Source of the DNA: Macrostomum lignano
Taxonomy: Eukaryota
Assembly: GCA_002269645.1 (NCBI GenBank)
Contig: NIVC01000102.1
Coordinates: forward strand, 577,950 to 641,949
Reading direction: 5' to 3'
DNA length: 64,000 bases
Part shown: positions 10,721-22,635 of the stretch, one piece after another
How the letters are laid out: the number at the start of each line of letters is the position of its first letter
Numbering within the stretch: position 1 is the first letter of the stretch
Translations under genes and position numbers: made by a program
Notes under the pieces: generated by a model
Seen by the model: only the letters and a program-made list of their open reading frames with translations
The model's database searches: none
What the model was told of the DNA's origin: nothing

Positions 10721-13700
10721 TCACTCCCCAGTCGGGTCCACCTGCGGCGACAGGCCGGCAGCCGAGATGTTGTCCCCAGCGCCGCCGGTTTGGCGCACCC
10801 GGGTGCACACCAGGCCGGGAGCCACGCACAGCGCCAGCGTCTCGCTGGACTGGCTGCGACCATCGGCGCCATGCGCTACCGGCTCCGTCCAGCAGCTGAC
10901 CGGCTCGCTGGCGTTGAAGGTTCGCCGGAAAGCGCCGGGCATTTCGCTGATAGCGAAGCTGTCATCCATGAGCAGCTTGGCTCGGTCAACGTCAACGTCG
11001 GGCACGGAACAGGTGAACCGGTGAGCAACCAGGGCAGCCCTGGCTGCCGCTGAGCGAGAATTCACCCAGCGGGAATTGGATCGAGTGAGAATGGCCTGGA
11101 AGCCCAGCGTGTGCAGGTGGATACGACTCACGTGGCGACCACCTGCAGGGAATACGAGCAGGCATCGATGAGTACCAGTTTAAAACTGTCCATACCTATA
11201 AAAACAAAACTGTGTCTGTGTCCGTCTGTCCGTCTGAACCCCTGCCCCACTCGTCTGCACCAACCCCCTCCCCCCTCCTCCAGCCATTATGCACCAACCC
11301 CCTCCTCCAGCCATTCTGCACCAACTCCCCTCCTCCAGCCATTCTGCACCAAACCCCTCCCAAGTCGTCTGCACCAACCCCTCCCGAGTCGTCTGCACCA
11401 ACCCCTCCCCAGTCGTCTGCACCAACCTCCTTCCCCAGCCGTCTGCACCAACCCCTCCCCAGCCGTCTGCACCAACCCCCTCCACAGTCGTCTGCACCAA
11501 CGCCCCTCCCCAGCCGTCTGCACCAACGCCCCTCCCCAGTCGTCTGCACCAACCCCCTTCCCCAGCCGTATGTACCAATGCCCCTCCCCAGTCGTCTGCA
11601 CCAACCCCCTTCCCCGGCCGTATGTACCAACGCCCCTCCCCAGTCGTCTGCACCAACCCCCTTCCCCAGTCGTCTGCACCAACTCCCTTCCCCAGCCGTA
11701 TGTACCAACGCCCCTCTCCAGTCGTCTGCACCAACCCCTCCCCAGCCATTCTGCACCAATCCCCCTTTCCCAGCCGTATGTACCAACGCCCCTCCATAGT
11801 CGTCTGCACCAACTCCTATTCCCAGCCGTATGCACCAACCCCCTTCCCCAGCCGTATGTACCAACGCCCCTCTCCAGTCGTCTGCACCAACCCCTCCCCA
11901 GCCATTCTGCACCAATCCCCCTTTCCCAGCCGTATGCACCAACGCCCCTCCATAGTCGTCTGCACCAACTCCTATTCCCAGCCGTATGCACCAACCCCCT
12001 TCCCCAGCCGTATGTACCAACGCCCCTCTCCAGTCGTCTGCACCAACCCCTCCCCAGCCATTCTGCACCAATCCCCCTTTCCCAGCCGTATGCACCAACG
12101 CCCCTCCATAGTCGTCTGCACCAACTCCTATTCCCAGCCGTATGCACCAACCCCCTTCCCCAGCCGTCTGCACCAATCCCTATTCCCAGCCGTGTGCACC
12201 AACCCCCTTCCCCAGCCGTCTGCACCAATCCCTATTCCCAGCCGTGTGCACCAACCCCTTTCCTTAGCCGTATGCACCAACCCCCTCCCCCAGCCGTCTG
12301 CACCAACCCCCTCCCCCAGCCGTCTGCACCAACCCTCTTACCCTAGCCGTCTCCACTAACTCCCCTTCCCCAGCCGTCTGCACCAACCCTCCTACCCTAG
12401 CCGTCTCCACTAACTCCCCTTCCCTAGCCATTCTGCACCAACCCCCTCCCCCGTCAAAAGTAAATATTCCTTACCAGGCAGGTCTCTGAGCGCAGCGTAC
12501 AGTCGTCGCATCAAGTCCAGCATAGTTGCCACCCGGGGATAAGCAGCGGACAGCACAATAGGCTTGCCAGTCTCCAGTACACTAACTAGATTTGGCAACT
12601 CCTGCTCGTTAAGTCCGACAGAGTCTGCATTGCTAAGCACGTGCCTAATCACCAGCTTAAGCATGTCCGCATCCGCAAACGATGCCATCTCAAAGTGAAT
12701 CAACGGTTGAGTCTGCTCAGACAGGAAGCCGCCCAGATTGGAGAGCAGCGCCTCTGGCTCACTGGAGTTGGCGTAAGGGATGCCGTCCATGAGCTGCAGG
12801 CCGCCGATCACCAGCACATCCGGGCGGAAGGCTGTGAGGCTGGACCGGAAGTCTGGCAGGCTAGTTAGACGCGAATTCCCTTGATCTCTGTGGAATATGA
12901 ATCGATTAGCACGAGGGGCTCGAACCCCGGACCATTCGTCGCCAACTTCGTACTCGACGCTAACGTGATAATCCACCGATTCGTCCATGCCAGTAAGGAT
13001 CACCCTGCGGTGGAGGGCGGCCCGGTACTCGGGCGTCAGGGTCGCCCCTAGCAACACGTCTGCCCCGTCCCCAGCCAGTCTATTGGCCATAGTGGGCGCG
13101 TTGCCACCCAGAGAGAATCGCCTGGCAACGCTATTCGAGGCCGATTTTAATCTGGCTATGATGTCGGAGAAAACTGCCTGGTTGTCAAGGTAGCGCTCAG
13201 CCGCTGCACCCTAAAATTATTATAAAGTTCTATCCGATATATGTTGTCATAAGACAGCTGCAATTCATTTTGGACTTAAAGCTATAGACAATAGTAATTA
13301 ACTCTAGACTTAAAACCATAGAAAAAAGCAATCCATTTGAACTTAAGGCCATAGACAATCGCAATTTATTCCGAACTTAAGGCTATAGACAATCGCTATC
13401 CATCACGAACTTAAGGCCATAGACAATCGCAATCCATCCCGAATTAAGGCCATAGACAATCGCAAATCATCCCGAACTTAAGGCCATAGACAATCGCAAT
13501 CCATCCCGAACTTAAGGCCATAGACAATCGCAATCCATCCCGAACTTAAGGCCATAGACAATCGCAATCCATCCTGAAGTTAAGACCATAGACAATCGCA
13601 TTTCATCCTGTACTTAAGGCCATAGACAATCGAAAATTCATCCTGGACTAAAGGCCATAGACAATCGCAATCCATCCCGAACTTAAAGCCATAGACAATC

Positions 13701-14639
13701 GCAATCCATCCTGAACTTAAGACCATAGACAACCGAAAATTCATCCTGGACTAAGGGCCATAGACAATCGCCAATCATCCCGAACTTAAGGCCATAGACA
13801 ATCGCAATCCATCCCGAACTTAAGGCCATAGACAATCGCAATCCATCCTGAAGTTAAGACCATAGACAATCGCATTTCATCCTGTACTTAAGGCCATAGA
13901 CAATCGAAAATTCATCCTGGACTAAAGGCCATAGACAATCGCAATCCATCCCGAACTTAAAGCCATAGACAATCGCAATCCATCCTGAACTTAAGACCAT
14001 AGACAACCGAAAATTCATCCTGGACTAAGGGCCATAGACAATCGCAAATCATCCCGAACTTAAGGCCATAGACAATTGAAAATCATTCTGAGCATAAGGC
14101 CATAGACAATTGAAAATCATTCTGAGCTTAAGGCCATAGACAATCGAAATTCATCCTGAACTTAAGGCCATAGACAATATCAATTTATCAGGAACTTAAG
14201 GGAATAGACAATTGAAATAGGCATTATAATTGAATTTGCTATTAAGTTTCTAAGATACTTGAAAAGCAACTGCCCTTACCTGTTTGAAAAAGAAGCCGAA
14301 CATTTGCCTAAACTCGGCCATGCTCCTCAAGTGCTCTGGATAATTATCGAATCCCTCTTTTGGCGCCTGTTCGGCTAATTTTTTCAAATCGAATATCGAC
14401 CAGAAATCGTTAGCCGAGATAACAATATCAACGCACGCGCCTAAGCCAACGGCAATTCGAGGCCGACGCAAGGCTGACAAAGAATAGTTCTCAGCCACCG
14501 CCATCTGCCTGGCAACTAGGCGCATGTGCTCCAGATGCTGGGCGGACTGTTGCCCTAGCAACTGATGCCGGTAGTTGAGCCAGTAAGCCAGACCGAATGC
14601 CAGAGCGGCCACGAGAATTGAGTACTTCAGAGGTAGCAT
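10721..14639 (-). CDS. ADPGK: ADP-dependent glucokinase, 3 exons: 14639-14280, 13210-12475, 11142-10721 (505 aa)
   Basis: GT-AG junctions join in frame (FFKQ|GAAAERY; DLPG|GRHVSRIHLHTL). N-terminal hydrophobic anchor, RIAVGLGACVD, GGNAPTMA, DVLVIGGLQLM, IHFEMASF, DSVGLNEQEL and the C-terminal ribokinase-like motif TGGAGDNISAAGL. Confidence 0.93.
11238..12451. repeat. ~26-27-bp minisatellite filling ADPGK intron 2, with 156-bp higher-order blocks
   Basis: CCCAGCCGTCTGCACCAACCCC units. The variant CAGCCATT...AATCCCC recurs at 11743, 11899 and 12055. Confidence 0.95.
13290..14210. repeat. 34-bp minisatellite (GAACTTAAGGCCATAGACAATCGCAATCCATCCC) filling ADPGK intron 1
   Basis: Period of 34 (13508, 13542, 13576). 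An 8-monomer block is repeated at a 274-bp offset. Confidence 0.95.
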
Positions 14640-15432
14640 TTAAATTAACATGCAATATATAGTGATATTTAACTACTTATAGTAGGGCTAAACGATCAAG
14701 TTTTGAATTAAAAAGAAATTTAAACTACTCATAGTAGTAGTCGCCTTCGTCCCTCAACCCTAGCGTTGACGGCAATTCTGCCCAAATCTACAAATAAAAA
14801 ATGTAGATTTTTCCAGATATTCAACTACTTGTAGTAGTGCTACTAAATAAAACTTGTACTTTCAACAAACTTGTTAACGCTAAAAATTTCTTCTAGATAA
14901 TACGACAAAAAAATAAACTAAACCGACTTTAGCAAAATTTTTATATCATTGACAGCCAGATTCTCAAAACTGAAATATATTATATATTTTTTTACTTTAA
15001 ATTCATTCCAGGTTATGTTTTCAAAATAAAATTTTGCACAATCAGCGCAACCAACTACTTAGTAGAGGCAGCGTCAGTAGCTGATCCAAGGAGTTTTGAA
15101 AACGAAAAACACAACATTCAGCAGCAATCGAATCTTACCATTTATACAAATCAAAGTGCAAGGCATATGGGTAAAAGCAATACAGTGGGCATTAGAGACA
15201 GGAAAAGAACATCAAGGCCCTATCTGTGTGACACCCTAGAACAATAAATTCACACACAAGGCACTGGCGCGCGTGGCCTGGACTAAAACAGCATGCCGAT
15301 ATGTAGCGTAAATAACTTTTCAAAGCGGGAATGAGCAGTGTTGGAGTTTTTTATATTTAGGAACTAAAATTCGTTTTCTGTATGCGCTCAGACTGCTGAT
15401 CAGCAACGAGACAGTTGGACAGAACTGGCGGA

Positions 15433-15791
15433 TAAGAGGGGATGAAAGGGGACGAGGGGATGAGAGGAGATGAGGGGATGTGAGGGCAAGAGAGGGGAGA
15501 TGAGGGGGGATTAGAGGGGATGAGAGGATGAGAGGGGATGAGGGGATTAGAGGGGATTAGAGGGGATTAGAGGGGATGGGAGGGGATGAGAGGGGATGAG
15601 AGGGGATGAGGGGGGATGAGGGGATGAGAGGGGATGAGGGGATTAGAGGGGATGAGAGGGGATGAGAGAGGATGAGGGGATGAGAGGGGATGAGGGGATT
15701 AGAGGGGATTAGAGGGGATTAGAGGGGATGGGAGGGGATGAGGGGATTAGAGGGGATTAGAGGGGATGGGAGGGGATGAAAGGGGATGAGA
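15433..15791. repeat. G-rich ~10-bp repeat (GAGGGGATGA/GAGGGGATTA)
   Basis: Direct sequence, lying between the RNFT-like and ADPGK genes. Confidence 0.9.
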
Positions 15792-15896
15792 GTAGAGAAT
15801 CAGCTTCTTTGCACAGACACACGCAGATATATTGAATAACGGAAAGACAAGACAATAAAGAACGCAGCAAATAAATAATAAATTACTAGAGAGCTA

Positions 15897-17846
15897 TCAG
15901 TACATCTGCAACCCGAAGCAGGTGTTGCCGTTCATGTACTTCAACGGGTCGGCCTCGGAGTCGCCGTTGGTGGCAGCGGCGGCGGCGGCGGCGGCCATGG
16001 CTGGCAGAGTGGCGAAGCCGACCCTGCAGAGAGGGCAAACCCGGGCGGTGCCGGCGCAGCTCAGCCACCGCAGCACGCAGTCCTCGCAGAACACGTGGGT
16101 GCAGCAGGCCAGCCTCACCGGCTGCTCCATCGGCGACTCGTGGCACAGTGGGCAGCCTTCCAGCTGCTGCGAGGAACCCGACAGAGTCTGCTGCTGCTGT
16201 TGCTGCAGATTTACTCGGCCTCCAATAACGCCAAGATCCCTAGAGAACAGAGCCAGCCTTAGCGGCGGCAGGCTGACTGACAGCACCCGCCAGGAGTGCC
16301 AGAGCTTGCACAGCGTGTACAGCACAGTCAGCAGGGTGCAGTAGAATCTGCTGTCAGCAAAGCCGTCAGTCAGCACAGTGAGCCAAGGCAGCACCGGGGG
16401 CAGCATGCGGTAGAGATGGTAGAACCGCTCCAGGGCTATGAGTACCCGACAGCGGCCAAGCCGGGACACGCCTGGGCCTGTGGTTGCCATGACAACTGCG
16501 GCCTGAGGGGGATTTTTTGTATAAAAATTGTATATGGGAGAAACTAAGTAAGTGATAATTGCCTGGTTCCTACTCTCCACATCCTCAGAGGCACGTTGCT
16601 ACCCTCCTCCCAAGCCTTAAATACCTGTTGCTACCCTCCTTCCTACCCTCAGATACCCGTGGCTACCCTCCTTCCAAGCCTTAGATACCCGTCATTACCC
16701 TCCTCTCTAGCCTTAGATACCCGTCGTTACCCTCCTCTCTAGCCTTAGATACCAGTTGATACCCTCCTTCCTAACCTTAGATACCCGTTGCTACTTGCTA
16801 CCCTTCTTCCTAGCCTTAGATACCCGTTGCTAACCCCCTCCTTAGCCTTAGATACCCATCGTTCCCCTCCTCTCTAGCCTTAGATACCCGTCGTTACCCT
16901 CCTCACTAGCCATAGGCACCCGTTGCTACCCTCCCCCTTAGCTTTAGATACCCGTTGCTATCCTCCTCCTTAGCCTTAGATACCCATTGCTACCCTCTTC
17001 CGTAGCCTTAGATACCCGTTGCTACCCTCCTGCCCATCCTAAATGAGACTTTGCCATTCGCACCTTCACGCCGATGAGTCCCATCTTGAGCAGCAGGTCG
17101 GTGCTGGTGAGCACAAAGGTCAAAGTCCACAAGTCGATTGGCCCGCCCGAAGGCATCAGAGGCGGCAGACAGCAGAGGCATCGCCACAGCGACATACCTC
17201 GATAATAATACAACACCCCGGCTACGCAGGTTGTCATAGCAACCGCTAGCCAAGCCGCGCCAATTCGGTTAGCAATAGTCCGAGCCTCGCGTCTACCAGC
17301 AGTTGCCAAGGTGACCAGATGAGAATTAGCATAGAAATAGGTGACATACAGGCCGCAGAACATCATGAGACCGGTGCTGTGAAACTGCAGCAGTTTGAGC
17401 ACAACCAATATCAGACACGGCGCCAAAGGTAATAACTGATAAGCTACACCCATCAGCGACACCTGCTGCTGAGTTGGCAACTGAGGATTGCCATTGCCGC
17501 CTCCGTGTGAATGCGAGTGCGCGTGACTGCACCGGTGACTGGACGATGCGCCACCACCGCTGGCGGCGGCTTCAGCAGCGCAGTTTCCACCTGGTCCTGA
17601 ATCATCGCTGGAACTATTATTGTCAAGATCGTCGGCAGCATATCCGGGATTGGTGGCTGAGCGCTGATGCTCAGATTGGAAAAACTGATTAGCTGTCATT
17701 GAGGCGCCCTGGTGACGCTGCTGCTGCTGCTGGTGCAAGCGGCGGCGCTGTTGATGCGCTTGAGGCATGGCGACTCTGAGTGTTTCAGTTTGCAGGATGT
17801 TTTTAGTTGCTGAAATTTGACACATGATTAGGGATTTGCTTGTCAT
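15897..17846 (-). CDS. RNFT: RING finger and transmembrane domain protein (RNFT1/2-like), 2 exons: 17846-17064, 16502-15897 (start may be downstream, e.g. MPQA)
   Basis: Phase-0 join GVK|AAVV (GTGCGA...CCTCAG). Several TM segments, LWTLTFVLTSTDLLLK, a C3HC4 RING (CPLC...CTHVFCEDC...CPLC) and the family-like C-terminus YMNGNTCFGLQMY. Confidence 0.88.
16590..17037. repeat. ~32-bp minisatellite filling the RNFT intron (CCTTAGATACCCGTTGCTACCCTCCTC..AG)
   Basis: TTAGATAC recurs at 16681, 16713 and 16745. Confidence 0.92.
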
Positions 17847-17887
17847 GGACTATCAAGTCAGCCACACACATGTGACATGCCTATTGC

Positions 17888-18250
17888 AGCACACCTGTGC
17901 TCCACCCCAGTAACCAAGCATTCCTACCCTGGGCACACCTGTGCTCCACCCCAGTAACCAAGCATTCCTACCCTGGGCACACCTGTGCTCCACCCCAGTA
18001 ACCAAGCATTCCTACCCTGGGCACACCTGTGCTCCACCCCAGTAACCAAGCATTCCTACCCTGGGCACACCTGTGCTCCACCCCAGTAACCAAGCATTTC
18101 TACCCTGGGCGCACCTGTGCTCCACCCCAGTAACCAAGCATTCCTACTCTGTGCACACTTGTGCTACACCCCAGTAACCAAGCATTCCTACCCTGGGCAC
18201 ACCTGTGCTCCACCCCAGTAACCAAGCATTCCTACTCTGCACACCTGTGT
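17888..18250. repeat. 44-bp minisatellite just upstream of RNFT
   Basis: GGGCACACCTGTGCTCCACCCCAGTAACCAAGCATTCCTACCCT, about 8 copies. Confidence 0.95.
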
Positions 18251-20160
18251 ATAGCATATTCATTTGAACTAAATGAGTTGTGGCAAAATGACTCAATATA
18301 CTAAAATCTTATATATGTAGGCCTAGGATCTTAGCAAAACTGGAATCATAATCCAAAAAAAGATTTTATGCATTTTATATAATATAAGCTTTTAAAGGCT
18401 TTAAATAGAATATATAACTAATAATATATAGATAATAAGCCACCCATAATTGGAATTTTAGCCATCCTACAAACTATTCATAACTTTTTTAATTAATAAA
18501 TTGATTATTAGCAATTAAAGATATAAAGTTGATAATTAATAGGTTTATAAATAATTCATAAGCAACTCAAATATCGCTCTTGCTAGCCTATCATTAATTA
18601 AACACAGTTTAATGATTTAATTATCAAATATAATATAAATTACTAAAATAAAAATAAATTTCAATGCTACTCTAAAAATATTTTTCACCCACAGTAATTG
18701 AAAGTCTTAAACAAGTTTTAACCAGAGACAATTACATAATATATACAAATATTATCTTTTTATCCTTGTAAAGTGCTTTAAATAGGCCATTTTTAACTTA
18801 GCTAACTTTTTTGTTTTGCAAATGTGAAATTTTAACAAAATTCCAAGTTTTTGGGCTGCTTATATCACTATTATAATACTTGTATAAACTATGGAATTGT
18901 CTATGGTTATGGTTAAGACTATCATTTATAAGAATATTTCAGTTACTATAGGCCAAAAATGTTTAGAATAGCATTGCAATTTTATTTTATTTTAGTAACT
19001 TATAGTTGACAATTAAATCATTTAACTATGTTTATTCAATGCCTATCATATATATATCTAAAAGTGATTACAGTTAGAATAATAGGCAATATAACAAAAC
19101 CTTTAGATAATCATATGCTAGATAAATAGATAATAATAAATAAATAGAGATATACAAAAACTAAACTCTTGATATCTTATATAAACCTATATTTAAAAAA
19201 ACAAAATTGCTTTGTTTTTATTTCAATTCTTTTAATGCTTTTTAATAAGCTTTTTGAATTCTTTAAATGCTCTAATATCTGATATCTCTAATATCTCTAA
19301 AATCTCTAATAATCTTATTTCTTAAATAATGAGAACATAATTTAATGAATGGTACTACAAGATAATTAAAATTTTAAAAGGGTCCCTATATTATATCTAT
19401 GACTTCTACTAATTATTGGCATTAGAATATTAAGTTAATGACAAACTATAGTTAATCTTTTTATTAAAAAAAGCTTTTTAAACAATATAAAGTTAACATT
19501 CACAAAAGATTAGGTTTTGTATTTGTAATAACAAATATTATTGTTATTATATTAAAGTCATATGATATAAACAACCTATTTTTTATTTTTAACTTAACCA
19601 ACTTTTTTGTTTCGCAAATGTGAAAGTTTAACAAAATTCCAATATGCCTAATTATTTACTTTTTAGGCCTAGGTTTGCTTTGTTTCCCCCAGTTAAGAAA
19701 CCACTTTTGTTCTAACAATTCAGAATTATCTACTAGGCCTACAAATACATAAAGAAAAATAAATTGCAGACACTGGCTATAGCAAAAATAGCAAAAAAAA
19801 TTCTTCTAAATAGACAGTTACAGTTGGTTAGTAGCCCTAGTTAGTCTTGAGTTGCACACTTGCACTGCTACAATACAGTACTACAATACAATGCACTACC
19901 GTGTAAATTAGCCATACACCTAGTAGGCAGGAAGGCGGTAGGCCGCTAGACCTAATAATGTAATGGCTAGTAGTAGTAGTAGCAGTAGTAGTAGAATAAT
20001 GAATAAATGAATTCGATCGTTTGTCATAATCATAATGGCTATTGGTTATGGGCATGGCCGTCTATATGGGTGCCGGCTAAATTACATCTAAGGCTGTATC
20101 TGTACTGACCTCTTGTTCGCAACTTCGTACATAACCCAGTACTGTACAGATAGGCCTAGG
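18250..20160. other. AT-rich, CpG-depleted island with a 56-bp direct repeat (18791-18846 / 19587-19642)
   Basis: About 20% GC by eye, with no ORF over 60 aa until 19837. The direct repeat has 4 mismatches in 56 bp. Confidence 0.8.
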
Positions 20161-21307
20161 CCATCTTTTTGCAAACTCCATCATCATTCTTAGATTGAGA
20201 ATTTGATTCGAAGAAAGTGTAAATGTACGTTTGTTTAATTTAATATTTACTTGCTAGAATGCCACGTAAAACAAAGAATAACATTAAAACTTTAAGAATA
20301 GTCAGCAATCCTGAATCATCAGAAATTTACTTTTTGTTCAAAAAATTCAAAAAATAAACACTGGACAGTGCTTTTGCATCGAAATAAGCATACACGTTAG
20401 TTTTAGGGCTTCTAAATATTTTAAAGGAAGGACTTATTAAGCGTGCTACTAACAGTAATCAATTCGTTTTTTACGTGTAGTTAAATCAAAATAGACAAAA
20501 CATGTTGGATAGTTATTATCTTAATATATATATCTGATAGTTATTATGCTTTATGTCACCAATGATAAAACGCAAGACTTCTGTAACGTGCAGTTTTGAG
20601 CGTATTCATACAGCTACTATACGAGCTACTGTGTGATGTACGCTCGTACATGTAGTGTAGATTATCATTTCAATACTGAAGCACGTGTACGAGATGTTTG
20701 GGTGCCCCGATCCTAATACACAAAAATTCATACAAAGCAGTTTATAACAATCGATTTTACAGCTAATCGCCATTTCTTCCAAATCTTGGTCCCTGTCAAA
20801 ACATGATCCTCTGTTTCCTTTGAAAACCGCTTTGTATACAATAGATAATCGATATGAAAATTCTCTCTAGCCCAAAGGCCTGTGCACACTCCGAAATCAG
20901 CGGTTCTCTAATTGAGTTTGACGGCTCCGTGTTCCCAATTGGGTTGCATGGCACATAATCTGCAATGCGCGCACAACAAATACGAATACGTGATTTCAGA
21001 TTGGAATTCCGCTTTTGCTCGATTCTACGAAGATATCTGCAGAGAAAGGAGACTGCATGAATGCGCTGCATTGTGCTGCAGACCTCCTGGAAGCTTATAT
21101 TGTGGATGCAAATTTAAACTGACACTTGAATTGAGTCATCAATCGATGATGAAAGGGGAACGACTTCATCATGCTGATAATTGGGGAATCTGCGGATCGA
21201 TAAAACAATTTGATGTCAAATTATGCTTTCGAAGAATCCGTTTGGCACCCACACTAACAGAGGATGTTAGCAATGAAGGATCCTCTGAGAATCAGAACAT
21301 CAGCTGA

Positions 21308-22109
21308 CAGCTACAACAGGCAATGTAGAATCCCCTGTGTAACAGACCATTAGCTACAACAGGCAATGTAGAATCCCCTGTGTAACAGACCATTAGCTAC
21401 AACAGGCAATGTAGAATCCCCTGTGTAACAGACCATTAGCTACAACAGGCAATGTAGAATCCCCTGTGTAACAGACCATTAGCTACAACAGGCAATGTAG
21501 ATTCCCCTGTGTAACAGAGTATTAGCTACAACAGGCAATGTAGAATCCCCTGTGTAACAGAGCATTAGCTACAACAGGCAATGTAGAATCCCCTGTGTAA
21601 CAGACCATTAGCTACAACAGGCAATGTAGAATCCCCTGTGTAACAGACCATTAGCTACAACAGGCAATGTAGAATCCCCTGTGTAACAGACCATTAGCTA
21701 CAACAGGCAATGTAGAATCCCCTGTGTAACAGAGTATTAGCTACAACAGGCAATGTAGAATCCCCTGTGTAACAGACCATTAGCTACAACAGGCAATGTA
21801 GAATCCCCTGTGTAACAGACCATTAGCTACAACAGGCAAATGTAGAATCCCCTGTGTAACAGACCATTAGCTACAACAGGCAAATGTAGAATCCCCTGTG
21901 TAACAGACCATTAGCTACAACAGGCAAATGTAGAATCCCTGTGTAACAGACCATTAGCTACAACAGGCAATGTAGAATCCCCTGTGTAACAGACCATTAG
22001 CTACAACAGGCAAATGTAGAATCCCCTGTGTAACAGACCATTAGCTACAACAGGCAAATGTAGAATCCCTGTGTAACAGAGCATTAGCTACAACAGGCAA
22101 TGTAGAATC
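21308..22109. repeat. 43-bp minisatellite AGCTACAACAGGCAATGTAGAATCCCCTGTGTAACAGACCATT, ~18 copies
   Basis: Period of 43 (21310, 21353), with no unique spacers. Confidence 0.97.
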
Positions 22110-22635
22110 TAAAGCGCAAAAAACCTCACCATTCATAGCAACAGAAATTCTAGGAAATGGCTTTGTTATTAACTTCCTCTCCGCTGTTATTTGGTGAGAA
22201 CAATTGAGCAGAAAAACAATGATGATGATGACAACACGGACAAAATAAAACATCTCGCTTGGGGCACGCAAGAGTTGCATTTAAAAGATTATTGCACTGC
22301 GGTAGAGATGCGCAAAAAAGGGATTCCAGTCATCGCTCCTGCCACTCATTGCTCCCAGCTCTTCCAACAGGAAGTCAGACAGTTTCCCATTTTCATGCTT
22401 GTAGAGTGACTCGATCAATTGAGCGAATTGCTGGGTTTGAAAGGCGAGAAAAACGGGTGACAATCTCTCCTATATATTCTGCAGATTCGGCATTCTGACA
22501 TTCAGCTTGGGCGAGGGGGGAAACAAGAACTGCTTTTTTCATATAAGCATTTTTTAAGACGTAAGCACAACCTTGCATACGAAAAAATGTATGGGACATC
22601 TAGCTCTGCCTATAGTGCACCTTTAGCACCCTGGT

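Noticed and set aside
18250-19840. Mitochondrial insertion (NUMT)
   Set aside because: I could not recognise any mitochondrial protein, rRNA or tRNA motif. A BLAST search would be needed to exclude it fully.
20800-21300. hAT-like motifs (CMAHNLQ on plus, LHPQYKL on minus)
   Set aside because: They are on opposite strands, isolated and without TIRs, so they are consistent with chance.
21308-22109. CRISPR-like regular repeat with hairpin
   Set aside because: Units are contiguous with no unique spacers, there are no cas genes and the context is eukaryotic. The same applies to all other arrays.
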